Part shown: positions 29,279 through 38,389 of the stretch, one piece after another
How the letters are laid out: every line of letters begins with the position of its first letter
Numbering within the stretch: the first letter of the stretch is position 1
Virus record (IMG/VR): IMGVR_UViG_3300042549_004948
Span: 1 to 64,000 of that record
Origin: a virus
Strand: one strand, 5' to 3'
DNA: 64,000 nt
Translations under genes and position numbers: made by a program
Notes under the pieces: model-generated
What the model was told of the DNA's origin: nothing
The model's database searches: none
The model's input: only the letters and a program-made list of their open reading frames with translations

Positions 29279-30060
29279 GATTTAATAAAGGATTTAGCTT
29301 TATTCACAACCTGTGACATATCAGATGTTTTTAACTTTTCTACTTGTTTTTCAATGTTATCGAACTGCCCTGATAGAATATCGATTTGTTGGTTTACTAA
29401 CTCTTTAGACTTTGCTATTTCATCCGGAGTTTTTTCTTTAGCTGGGTCTTTTCTAAATGTTGATTTATATTGGCCAGAAGACAGAATATCTTCAAAGTAT
29501 TCTTTTAACTTATCTGCTTTATGAGCCTTTTCAAACTCTCCGACCATTTTCTTTTCCTCTTCAGACATCTCTGTTGGTACTAAATAGAACATATCTCCAA
29601 ACATACTTTTATATGCTTCAATATTTTTGTATATATTATTCCAACTAGATAGTACTCCAACGGTTGGCACCTTTCTTTCTCTTGCGAAGTTACGAAGGAA
29701 GCTAACTATGGGGTTGGTATAAATCATTACCATCATTATATCATAGCCAGAATTTTTTATACCCTCAATTTTTTGTACATTAGTTGCAGTAGTATCATAA
29801 AGAAAATTATCTCCAGCATTTATAACACTTGGAAGATCTACCTTGTCTATTTGAATAGCTGCTCTAGCCAGATTATTATACATTGGACTGTCTTTGTCCT
29901 CTACATACTTGTCTGCATTAAGCTCTCCCCAGCCTGCTTTTTGCAGATCTGGTTTGATTTGTCTAGCAAAATAAGACTTTCCAGCGCCTGCGCCTCCAGC
30001 CATTATAATAGCTTTTTTGCCTTCTTTGGCTTCTAATAATAAGTCTAATAGCTTTATCAT
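29275..30060 (-). CDS. Zeta-toxin-like P-loop kinase
   Basis: IIMAGGAGAGKS, NAD, YDTT, RNFARERKVP lid. Confidence 0.75.
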   Translation of the reverse strand: MIKLLDLLLEAKEGKKAIIMAGGAGAGKSYFARQIKPDLQKAGWGELNADKYVEDKDSPMYNNLARAAIQIDKVDLPSVINAGDNFLYDTTATNVQKIEGIKNSGYDIMMVMIYTNPIVSFLRNFARERKVPTVGVLSSWNNIYKNIEAYKSMFGDMFYLVPTEMSEEEKKMVGEFEKAHKADKLKEYFEDILSSGQYKSTFRKDPAKEKTPDEIAKSKELVNQQIDILSGQFDNIEKQVEKLKTSDMSQVVNKAKSFIKS

Positions 30061-30074
30061 ACTACTTATAAATA

Positions 30075-30869
30075 TTAATCTACTAACTTAACAGTATTCG
30101 GAAGTGTTAATAGTTCAATTTCTGTCTCTGGATGCATAATTTTATATGTCTCATAGGTATGGAGGAACATATTGAAGTACTCGTCTAAGGTCTTTTTTCC
30201 TTCAATAATCTCCCAACCGGCTCCTTGCATTTTCTTTCCAGACTTATCAGCTCCTCGTTTTGAAGACTTAAGCCATATGATACCGTTACGATCAACCTTC
30301 TCTCCAAACCTTTCTTCATATGCCTTAGTGTAGGCTGACATTTGTAAGTGATAGCTTTCATGAATTGCATTTGACGTTTTGATATCTAGTACCCACCTTT
30401 GATTATCGATCTCTACAAGTAGATCCAATGTTCCTGAGTATTTATGAGTATCGCTAAACATAAACTCTTCTGATAGGATTAGCTTTGGTTTATAAGTTGT
30501 CCAGAAATCGGTAAAAGATAAAATCATTTTCCATACATGGGTATGATAATTAACATGCCCGGTTGATTCAATCCAGCGAATCTCTTCTCCATTCAAGAAT
30601 TTTTCTATTGCTTCATGAACTTGCGTACCTTCATCGCCGGCTCTACGCATAACAATATCAGCATTATGTCCCATATCTTTTATCCATGTTTCAAAGAACT
30701 GACCTTTAGGAAAATAACCCAAGATAGTTGTAACAGACGGATAGAAAACGCCAGGACTGCGTTGATAATACCTAGAGTCGTGCAATGTTATTTGTCTTAA
30801 TTCAGGATCTGTCTCGACAATTCGTTTTAAGAACTTGTCCTTTTGGATGTTCTTAGATTTTTCAATCAT
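30075..30869 (-). CDS. PD-(D/E)xK exonuclease
   Basis: YPSVTTIL, GTQVHEAIE, YSGTLDL...LDIKTS...QMSAY. Confidence 0.85.
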   Translation of the reverse strand: MIEKSKNIQKDKFLKRIVETDPELRQITLHDSRYYQRSPGVFYPSVTTILGYFPKGQFFETWIKDMGHNADIVMRRAGDEGTQVHEAIEKFLNGEEIRWIESTGHVNYHTHVWKMILSFTDFWTTYKPKLILSEEFMFSDTHKYSGTLDLLVEIDNQRWVLDIKTSNAIHESYHLQMSAYTKAYEERFGEKVDRNGIIWLKSSKRGADKSGKKMQGAGWEIIEGKKTLDEYFNMFLHTYETYKIMHPETEIELLTLPNTVKLVD

Positions 30870-31795
30870 AATAGTTGAAGTTTTTTGAAAAGCAAATCAC
30901 CAAAAGATAGTGGCTTCGCATGATGTAATAGTTTTGTCATTTTATCGAAACCTAAATCAGAAGGATCTTTTCCTTCTAACTCTATTAAGTATACTTCTTT
31001 TCCTAAGTTAAGAAGGTTTTGTGAATAATCTAATGCCTCTTTAAGTGCATCTTTGTCTAGTGCTAAATATACTGTTTTTACATCAGACTCTACTAATTTT
31101 AACATGAGTGACTTAGGAATAGTTTTACCAAATAATGGAATTGCGTTTCTTCTTATCGCTATTGCATCAAATATTCCTTCACAAAGTATAATTGGAATAG
31201 ACCAATTTACGAAATACTCTAGACCTACTAACTCTGATTTATTACATGTAGGAGCATCGTACTTCCTACTTGGATCTTGTTCAAAAGATCTAGCTATAAA
31301 ATAGTTAAGTATCCCATCTTTATCGTATGACGGAATTATAACTCTATTTCTATATCTTCCATTTTTACAATATCCCATGCCATATTTTTGTATATCTTGA
31401 GTAGATATACCTCTTCTCTTTAAATAAGCTAGAGCATGTCTACACTCAAGAGATTTATCTGGGTTAGTTAGTGAAATGAATTCTTCTGGAAGGGTTACTT
31501 TATTAGGTTTTGTGGAATCAATCTTAGTATTATCATTCTGGAAATAAGACTTCATCTCTATCAGTCTTTCTGTAGGAGCTTCTATTTTCTTAAATAGTGA
31601 TACAGGCGTTTTACCTTTAGTAGGAGGGTGACAAGTCCAGCAATTATACTGTCCAGATCTAATATTCACTATTAACTTTGGGTTATGGTGCTTACAAACT
31701 GGGCAATAAAATGCATAATCCATTGTGGTTTTTGAACCTTTGCCTCTTCCTAGAACATTTTCCAGAAGGCCTAAAACAAGCATTTCTTTATCCAT
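30866..31795 (-). CDS. DNA primase (Zn finger + TOPRIM)
   Basis: CPVC...CWTC; YLKRRG; RVIIP; CEGIFD; LALDKDA; KDPSD. Confidence 0.9.
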   Translation of the reverse strand: MDKEMLVLGLLENVLGRGKGSKTTMDYAFYCPVCKHHNPKLIVNIRSGQYNCWTCHPPTKGKTPVSLFKKIEAPTERLIEMKSYFQNDNTKIDSTKPNKVTLPEEFISLTNPDKSLECRHALAYLKRRGISTQDIQKYGMGYCKNGRYRNRVIIPSYDKDGILNYFIARSFEQDPSRKYDAPTCNKSELVGLEYFVNWSIPIILCEGIFDAIAIRRNAIPLFGKTIPKSLMLKLVESDVKTVYLALDKDALKEALDYSQNLLNLGKEVYLIELEGKDPSDLGFDKMTKLLHHAKPLSFGDLLFKKLQLL

Positions 31796-31797
31796 TA

Positions 31798-31880
31798 TCT
31801 AAATATAAGACAAAAAAACGACATAAAAAAATATTTATTAAAAAAAATTTTTTTGTTTCGAATATTTGTTGTATATTAGA
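31798..31880. promoter_or_regulatory. Divergent promoter region at the strand switch
   Basis: Minus strand TCTTATATTTAG before primase; plus strand AAAAAAATTTTTTTGTTTCGAATATTTGTTGTATATTAG; also ATATTTAT at 31831. Confidence 0.6.
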
Positions 31881-31884
31881 TTCT

Positions 31885-32140
31885 GTTAATGTCGTATACT
31901 CAGGATCTATGCCATAGCTTGGTTGAATTCCATGAGTGCGTTTTAGAATGAGTAAGTACTACGACTACCAGGAGCTAAGACTAAGAATAATGCTTCAGGT
32001 ATATAAACATAGTCTAAAGTGAAAGTTTAAAAGAATATCGGTACATCCGACGGTTCAATCCGCTAGGGCTTTTAAATATAAACTAAGATAAAAAACAAAG
32101 TCAATTATCCACTCTAAATATAGGCGAATACCCTATAAAA
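31885..32140 (+). ncRNA. Candidate structured non-coding RNA (or replication-origin structure)
   Basis: No ORF; several nested stems, a possible H-type pseudoknot, a T-loop-like hairpin and a terminal hairpin, directly after a promoter motif. Confidence 0.5.
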
Positions 32141-32151
32141 AATACTATTAA

Positions 32152-32310
32152 ATGGAATTTGAAATAAGTGATAATAAAATAACAGAAGAACAGCTACAAG
32201 CATTGTATATCTATCTATCATTAAATTATGATAGTATGAAAGAAGATGAAAAGGTTGTTTGGTATGAACTAATGAAAAAAATAGATAAAGAATTTAATGA
32301 CTATGACTAA
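32152..32310 (+). CDS. 52-aa hypothetical protein (not in ORF track)
   Basis: MEFEISDNKITEEQLQALYIYLSLNYDSMKEDEKVVWYELMKKIDKEFNDYD. Confidence 0.6.
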   Translation: MEFEISDNKITEEQLQALYIYLSLNYDSMKEDEKVVWYELMKKIDKEFNDYD

Positions 32311-32614
32311 ATTATTGGTATTAGAAGGATGCAAGAAATGCAAAAAATTAAAAGAAGAACTTGATAGTAAAGGAATAGAGTATTCATTAGTAGTTTGTAA
32401 TGATAGTACAACTATTTGTGATGAAGTAGAAGATTTAACCGGAGTTTATCAATATCCTATGATTATACACACCGATAACTTCGGGTCTATTACCGACATC
32501 TTTTATGTTACCGATAAGTACGATCATGTAGGTAAATTACGAAAGTTATCTAATGCCGTAACAGGATTAGGATTTCACTCTATAGATCAATTAATAAGTT
32601 ACATAATAAAGTAG
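32297..32614 (+). CDS. Glutaredoxin-like protein
   Basis: CKKC active-site motif and cis-Pro motif (QYPMI). Confidence 0.8.
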   Translation: MTMTKLLVLEGCKKCKKLKEELDSKGIEYSLVVCNDSTTICDEVEDLTGVYQYPMIIHTDNFGSITDIFYVTDKYDHVGKLRKLSNAVTGLGFHSIDQLISYIIK

Positions 32615-32626
32615 TAGATTTATAAT

Positions 32627-32806
32627 ATGAAATACAAACAAATAATATTAAAGAAGATGTCCGAATTAAACAACTTCTTAAATGCTCAAGATGCGCTTCT
32701 ATCGACAAGCAGGAGTGTAGACGAAATAAGATCTCAAATAGAAAAAATTAGATCTAAAGTACATGAGATAGAAGTTCTAATAAATGGAGAGCAAGAATCA
32801 TTTTAA
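32627..32806 (+). CDS. 59-aa coiled-coil hypothetical protein (not in ORF track)
   Basis: MKYKQIILKKMSELNNFLNAQDALL...IEVLINGEQESF fills the gap exactly. Confidence 0.65.
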   Translation: MKYKQIILKKMSELNNFLNAQDALLSTSRSVDEIRSQIEKIRSKVHEIEVLINGEQESF

Positions 32807-32818
32807 AATAAAATAGTT

Positions 32819-33460
32819 ATGATCAAATTATCTGCCGAACAGATTATGGAGAATCTAGATAAGTTTTATTCCATAATAAATAAATACCTTACTGGAGAAA
32901 GGAAAGATGCGCTTATTGAGTTTTATAAATCTATTGAAGAAACTTTAGCTACTTCGCCTGCTTCAACTAAGTTAGATCATCACAATGCTTTTGCTGGAGG
33001 TTATGTTGATCATGTTATTAGGGTGGTTGAAGGATCTTTAGTATTTGAGAAAGTATGGGATAAGTTTGGCCAGAAAAAGAATTATACTACAGAAGAATTA
33101 GTATTCTCGGCAATCAACCACGATCTTGGTAAGTTAGGCACTAATGAAGAACCTATGTATCTCCCTAACGATTCTCAGTGGCATATTGAAAAACAAGGGG
33201 CTGTTTATAAGTATAACCCTAATATAACTTACATGAGAGTTGCAGATAGGAGTTTATTCTATCTTCAACAAGCAGGTATTCCAATATCAGAGAATGAATA
33301 TCTAGCTATAAAACTTCATGATGGTCTTTATGAAGAATCAAATAAAGCATATTATATTACGTATAATAAAGATAACGAATTAAGATCTAATATAGCATAT
33401 ATCTTACATCAAGCAGACATGATGGCAAGTAAAGTAGAATTACAAATAAATAAAATATGA
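32819..33460 (+). CDS. HD-domain phosphohydrolase (YhaM-like)
   Basis: PAS..HHNAF.GGYVDH, NHDLGK, AIKLHDG, LHQAD. Confidence 0.85.
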   Translation: MIKLSAEQIMENLDKFYSIINKYLTGERKDALIEFYKSIEETLATSPASTKLDHHNAFAGGYVDHVIRVVEGSLVFEKVWDKFGQKKNYTTEELVFSAINHDLGKLGTNEEPMYLPNDSQWHIEKQGAVYKYNPNITYMRVADRSLFYLQQAGIPISENEYLAIKLHDGLYEESNKAYYITYNKDNELRSNIAYILHQADMMASKVELQINKI

Positions 33461-33729
33461 TAACAGCAATAGTATCCGCATCCATATGGGTTTTAACGGT
33501 AATTATATATATAATTTGGAACCTATACAATAAAAATAGAAAATTAGAAAAAATGGTTGTTAATCAACAGGTCTTTATAGGAGGCATTAAAGAAGCTATG
33601 AGAGAAGTTAATATGTGTGCAAATCTTATTGATTCTAAATTATGGGTACAATCAGATCCAGAATTTCTTTCTCTAATGGAGAATGTTAAAGAAATGCAAT
33701 CTAAAATGAGTAATTTTGTAGAAGAATAA
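33457..33729 (+). CDS. Small membrane-anchored protein
   Basis: N-terminal TM helix followed by short coiled coil. Confidence 0.65.
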   Translation: MITAIVSASIWVLTVIIYIIWNLYNKNRKLEKMVVNQQVFIGGIKEAMREVNMCANLIDSKLWVQSDPEFLSLMENVKEMQSKMSNFVEE

Positions 33730-33731
33730 AT

Positions 33732-34484
33732 ATGGACGAATTAATAACTGGTGAGGTTGAGGTATTACTTACAAAGAAAGGTGATCCAAGAAAAAGAAAG
33801 CCAAAGGTAAAAAATAACTACTTTACAATAGATACAGAAGAGGCTATCTTAAGATATAGGAATAATAAAAATCAAGCAGAAAGAAATTCTATTTACAACA
33901 AAGATATCCATTACGGATTTTATAAACTAGTAGAAAATATTATCCACACATTTAAATTCTACTATACTGAAGTTGATAATATAGAAGATCTAAAGTACGA
34001 AGTGATCTCATTTCTTTTGCAAAAATTAGATCTTTACGATCAATCTAAAGGTAAGGCATACTCTTATTTTGGCACAATTGCCAAGAGGTATTTGATTATT
34101 TACAATCAAAAGAATTATAAGAAACTAGTATCTAAGGCAGAGATTGGAGAACAGCATGATGACAATGCACTAGTTAACTCCATCATCGTCAAGGAACCAG
34201 AGCCAGAGCTAGATAGACTAGATGTGGTCGAGCTTTTTGTAAAATATGTAGATGACAATCTCTTAGATCTTTTCGACAAGACAGATGAGGCTAAAGTGGC
34301 CGATGCCATCCTTGAGATATTTAAAAAGAGGGAAAACATAGACATTTTTAACAAAAAGGCTGTTTTTATCTATGTTAAAGAGATGACAGACACGCAGTCT
34401 AATACAATAACTAAAGTAATTAAAAAGCTTAAAGTAATTTATAAGAAGATCCTTGATAACTATCTTGAAAACAATGACTATTAA
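33732..34484 (+). CDS. Late-transcription sigma factor (T4 gp55-like)
   Basis: NYFT..TEEAI..Y, EDLKYEVISFL, KGKAYSYFGTIAKRYLI (sigma region 2-like). Confidence 0.7.
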   Translation: MDELITGEVEVLLTKKGDPRKRKPKVKNNYFTIDTEEAILRYRNNKNQAERNSIYNKDIHYGFYKLVENIIHTFKFYYTEVDNIEDLKYEVISFLLQKLDLYDQSKGKAYSYFGTIAKRYLIIYNQKNYKKLVSKAEIGEQHDDNALVNSIIVKEPEPELDRLDVVELFVKYVDDNLLDLFDKTDEAKVADAILEIFKKRENIDIFNKKAVFIYVKEMTDTQSNTITKVIKKLKVIYKKILDNYLENNDY

Positions 34485-34502
34485 TATTTATTCTAAAAAG
34501 TC

Positions 34503-34865
34503 ATGGAACTTGATAAGGAAATATTCAAAGGAAAAACAGTCGCAGACCTCGTAGAAGAGGTATATAATAAGCATAAAAATCAAGACGGTACTATAAAACA
34601 GGAGATCATGAGGCTAGCTGATATGATCGAAACACCTGGTGATGCTATAGTAATTGTGCCTCTTCTCAAAGGCTTTATGGATTCCAGTCTTAAAAATGAC
34701 GAGGTTCTCATGAAGTTATTAGCCTTATTCCAAAAGGCTGCAGCGGATGCTAAAAAGGGAGATTCTGAAGATTCTAGCATTTTGACAGAAAAGGACATAG
34801 AGCAACTATTTGCCGATGTTACTAATTCTAAGATTAAAGAACTAAAACAACTCCCTAGCGCCTAA
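34503..34865 (+). CDS. Conserved helical hypothetical protein
   Basis: 120 aa, late motif upstream. Confidence 0.65.
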   Translation: MELDKEIFKGKTVADLVEEVYNKHKNQDGTIKQEIMRLADMIETPGDAIVIVPLLKGFMDSSLKNDEVLMKLLALFQKAAADAKKGDSEDSSILTEKDIEQLFADVTNSKIKELKQLPSA

Positions 34866-35761
34866 TGTCGTATTCATTAGTACAACCCCAGGTAGCCAAT
34901 AGAGGACAAACAGGAGGCCAATATTTTCAAATTGGTCGAGTTAAATCTGTAGTGCTTGGACCTTTTAAAGGAAACAGCAGAGAAGTAGACCCAGATTATG
35001 GGAGTCCTTCTGACATAGGTAAAATTAGATATGAACTTATTTATTCAGCTTTAGCAACTTCTAAATCTGATCAGGTTTCAGAACCAGCATTTCCTTTATT
35101 TAGCTTTCTAAAGCAGTATCCTATAGTAAATGAAATAGTTTTTATTATAGCAGGACCTACTGAAAGGCAGAATGACAGGATATCTAATCAACAATTTTTC
35201 TATCTTCCTCCTTACGATGTTTGGAATAGTGCTAACCACGGCGCATTTCCTAATATGTCAGAGTATGCCCAGTATTTAAACCAGTTTGCCAATCAACCAG
35301 GATATTCAGGAAATGCCACCTCCGGATCTCTTCCTCTAGGATATACATTTCAAGAGAAAAAAGATGTAAAAAACCTAAGACCTTTTGAAGGTGATGTTAT
35401 TATGCAGGCTAGATTTGGACAGTCTATAAGATTTGGTAGCACAGTTCCTGTAATGAAAGACTTTAATACCTGGTCTAATTCTGGAACTAATGGAAGTCCT
35501 ATAACTATAATATCCAATAGCCAAGGAAGGAGACCTGGACTAACTAAATTTGATCCATTAGTTGAGGATATCAATCAAGATGGATCTGCTATATGGATGA
35601 CTTCAGATCAACAAATTAATTTAGTAGATATTAATTCATTTCCTTTATCTTCATTTGGAGTCGGAATAAATCAGATCTCGCAAAATGTTATAACATCTCA
35701 AATTAATAATCCGACATCATCATTATCTGCACAAGCACAAGATCAGAATAATATAAGCTAA
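34865..35761 (+). CDS. Baseplate hub/spike N-terminal part (gp5/VgrG-like OB fold)
   Basis: GRVKSVVL, YPIVNEIVFI, LRPFEGDVIMQARFGQSIRFGS. Confidence 0.55.
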   Translation: MSYSLVQPQVANRGQTGGQYFQIGRVKSVVLGPFKGNSREVDPDYGSPSDIGKIRYELIYSALATSKSDQVSEPAFPLFSFLKQYPIVNEIVFIIAGPTERQNDRISNQQFFYLPPYDVWNSANHGAFPNMSEYAQYLNQFANQPGYSGNATSGSLPLGYTFQEKKDVKNLRPFEGDVIMQARFGQSIRFGSTVPVMKDFNTWSNSGTNGSPITIISNSQGRRPGLTKFDPLVEDINQDGSAIWMTSDQQINLVDINSFPLSSFGVGINQISQNVITSQINNPTSSLSAQAQDQNNIS

Positions 35762-35762
35762 A

Positions 35763-36194
35763 ATGTTTAAACCTGTATTTCCATATAAAGGCAATCAATT
35801 AATACTAACTTCTGATAGAGTTACTATATATTCTAAGAATGATGCTGTATTTATATTTGGTAAAGAAGCGGTATCTATATCTTCTGTGAAAACAATTAAT
35901 TTAGATGCAAATGAAAAAATTTTAATAAACTGTACAAAAATAGAATTAGGAAGTAAAGCAGAAATAGAAGGAGAACCTGTTATTTTAGGAGATAAATTAA
36001 ATAGCCAATTAAAAGGTCTTATTGATGGATTAACAACTTCTGCTATTCTTATGAAACAAGTATCGGCAGGAAATTTAGGGGTTAGTATGGAAGTAATAAG
36101 ACAGGCGGCTGATATTTTATATGATGCTTGTGAGGAAGCTAATGCATATATAACTTCTAAAACTACTTTATCAAAAAATACATTTACTAGATAG
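35763..36194 (+). CDS. Baseplate spike C-terminal part
   Basis: QLILTSDRV beta-repeats, IELG...EPVILGD motif typical of spike C-termini. Confidence 0.55.
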   Translation: MFKPVFPYKGNQLILTSDRVTIYSKNDAVFIFGKEAVSISSVKTINLDANEKILINCTKIELGSKAEIEGEPVILGDKLNSQLKGLIDGLTTSAILMKQVSAGNLGVSMEVIRQAADILYDACEEANAYITSKTTLSKNTFTR

Positions 36195-37498
36195 TGGCTA
36201 ATACAAACACCATAATACCAAAAGATAACCAGTCTATAAATATGAATACTGGTAGCGGTAAAGGATTAGAAAAGGCGATTTCTACCATATCTACATTTGT
36301 AATTAAAGCTCAAAGCAAAATTAATAAAATAATATATGGATCTGCTAGAGCTGATATAAAAAATAAAAGTACTAATAAAGGTGACGTTCAAGCTACTATG
36401 GAAAGGGGTATTATTCCTATATTAGATCAAATATCCACTGTAAATTTATGTGCATTAAATGATCCAACACAAGATATATCAAATGTTACAAAAATAATAA
36501 ATAAAACAAGAGTAGTCGATCTCATAAGAGCTATATTAGTACAATCAAATAATATAAATTCTATAGCTAGAAAAATATTAGGATTTATAAACTCAGGAAG
36601 ATCTATCGTTCAAATAATAGTTTTATTACTAAAAGTGTTTAAACTAATTGCTAATTTTTTAAAAACACTTCCTATTCCTTCAATATTTACTACAGTTGGA
36701 GTTTCAGTAACCATATCTGATACACTACAAACAAAAATAAATAAGTTTGTTGATACTAGTATTGATAGATTAAATCAAATAAATACAGTATTAAATTTAA
36801 TTGTAATAGTTGCAACTAGTCTAATAATCGGAATAGATCAAATCATTCTTAGATTAAAAATGATTTTGATGAATATAGAAAGCTGCTCTACTCCTGAACT
36901 TTTAGCAGATTTAAATTCAACTATTTCTAATCTGCAAGATTCTAGAGACGGACTTCAGAAATTCATAAATGATTACAATAACAACAAGACTCAAAAAGAT
37001 ACTAATTTTGGTGGCTATAAAATAGAAATAGTTACAGAACAAGTAGTAGACGAAGGTATTAATTTAAAAAGAAGATTTGGTATAGCTATAGATCAAAAAG
37101 GATATATAGTAGTTCAATCTACTCCAACATTTGCTTCTCTAGACTTAATAATAATAAACGAAGTAAAAGTATTATTAATATCCAAAGGATTAGTAGATTC
37201 TAGTTTACAATCTTTATCTACAGATCAAGTTTTAGTAGTTACAGAAGCATTAAACTATCTAGAAGACAATTCTTTAAATATACAAGACCTAGATATATCC
37301 CCAGATCTTACCTTAGAATCTGAAAATATACAAGCAAATGATTCTCTTGGATTAAATAACTTTATTAATAATTTGAAAGGTGGTTCTGCTCTTCGCAAAC
37401 AAATGAGAAGGGTATTAGCTATTTCTATTGCTAAATTAGGAACCGGGATTAAAAATACAGATCCAAACAATAAATTTTCTATAACTCAAAAAGTATAA
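36194..37498 (+). CDS. Hypothetical protein in baseplate cluster
   Basis: 434 aa, GTG start, long hydrophobic helices. Confidence 0.65.
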   Translation: MANTNTIIPKDNQSINMNTGSGKGLEKAISTISTFVIKAQSKINKIIYGSARADIKNKSTNKGDVQATMERGIIPILDQISTVNLCALNDPTQDISNVTKIINKTRVVDLIRAILVQSNNINSIARKILGFINSGRSIVQIIVLLLKVFKLIANFLKTLPIPSIFTTVGVSVTISDTLQTKINKFVDTSIDRLNQINTVLNLIVIVATSLIIGIDQIILRLKMILMNIESCSTPELLADLNSTISNLQDSRDGLQKFINDYNNNKTQKDTNFGGYKIEIVTEQVVDEGINLKRRFGIAIDQKGYIVVQSTPTFASLDLIIINEVKVLLISKGLVDSSLQSLSTDQVLVVTEALNYLEDNSLNIQDLDISPDLTLESENIQANDSLGLNNFINNLKGGSALRKQMRRVLAISIAKLGTGIKNTDPNNKFSITQKV

Positions 37499-37530
37499 CA
37501 GTAAACTTATAAAAATAATATTTATAACAT

Positions 37531-37974
37531 ATGGGACAATTAGACCAATTAAGAAAGCTTATAAGAGAAGAACTCAGGTCCGTTATCAAGGAGGAGCTTC
37601 CTAAAATATTAAAGGAAAGCTATAAGCCTGTCATGTCTGATCCTAAAAAGAACCTTCAGGAGCAGGTTAAATCAAAAATACCAGGCACATTAAATACTCA
37701 TGCATCTAGACCTCAAATCAAATTTGCAGGTAATAATCCTATGGCAGCCTTATTAAATGATACTGCTAATAGTATGTTAAATGAAGACTTTTCTATGACA
37801 TCTGCCGATGTACACCCAGGGATGGGTTTCCAGCCTAAAGAGGTTTCTGTAGGATCTGTTGAAGGAATGCTTGGATCAGCTAGACCTAGCTCAAATATAG
37901 ACGCTGTTCAAATAAATGAAGTTCCTGATTTTTCTGGCCTAATGGCTAAGTTTAAAGAGAGAGGCGAAATATAA
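37531..37974 (+). CDS. Hypothetical protein, putative head-internal
   Basis: LRKLIREELRSVIKEELPKILKE leader; late motif upstream. Confidence 0.65.
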   Translation: MGQLDQLRKLIREELRSVIKEELPKILKESYKPVMSDPKKNLQEQVKSKIPGTLNTHASRPQIKFAGNNPMAALLNDTANSMLNEDFSMTSADVHPGMGFQPKEVSVGSVEGMLGSARPSSNIDAVQINEVPDFSGLMAKFKERGEI

Positions 37975-38387
37975 TGGCATACGGATTAAAGAAAATAGCT
38001 GTAATAGATTTAAAACCATCAACCGGAGTTGGGGTGGCTATTCCATTTTCTGCCGATAATGTATTCACTACAACATATACCACCAAAGATCAGACTAAAT
38101 ATAATTTAATTAACTTCTTATTGACTGATCCTAGAGAGAGGCCGTTTAATCCTAATTTTGGAGCCGGTTTAAGGGCAAGACTTTTTGAACAGATAGATCA
38201 GACTACTTTTGAAGATATGAAGCAGTCTATAAGAACTCAAATAGAAAATAATTTTCCAAACGTTGAAATAGTTACTCTAGAAATAACAGGAAATCCTGAT
38301 TATAATTCAATAAACATTAAATTTAGTTATAGACTATTAAGATCAAATGAAAATGATTCAGTTATATTGACCATTCAAAATATGTAA
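37974..38387 (+). CDS. gp25: Baseplate wedge / sheath initiator (T4 gp25-like)
   Basis: NLINFLLTDPRERPFNPNFGAGLRARLFE. Confidence 0.88.
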   Translation: MAYGLKKIAVIDLKPSTGVGVAIPFSADNVFTTTYTTKDQTKYNLINFLLTDPRERPFNPNFGAGLRARLFEQIDQTTFEDMKQSIRTQIENNFPNVEIVTLEITGNPDYNSINIKFSYRLLRSNENDSVILTIQNM

Positions 38388-38389
38388 AA

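Noticed and set aside
32038-32065. Possible tRNA (GGTTCAATCC T-loop-like motif)
   Set aside because: No acceptor stem, D-arm or anticodon arm at the right spacing; retained only as part of the candidate ncRNA
32819-32860. MIKL start of HD hydrolase as a capsid-targeting leader
   Set aside because: Lacks the D-I/L-L-x-E pattern and lies in a non-late operon
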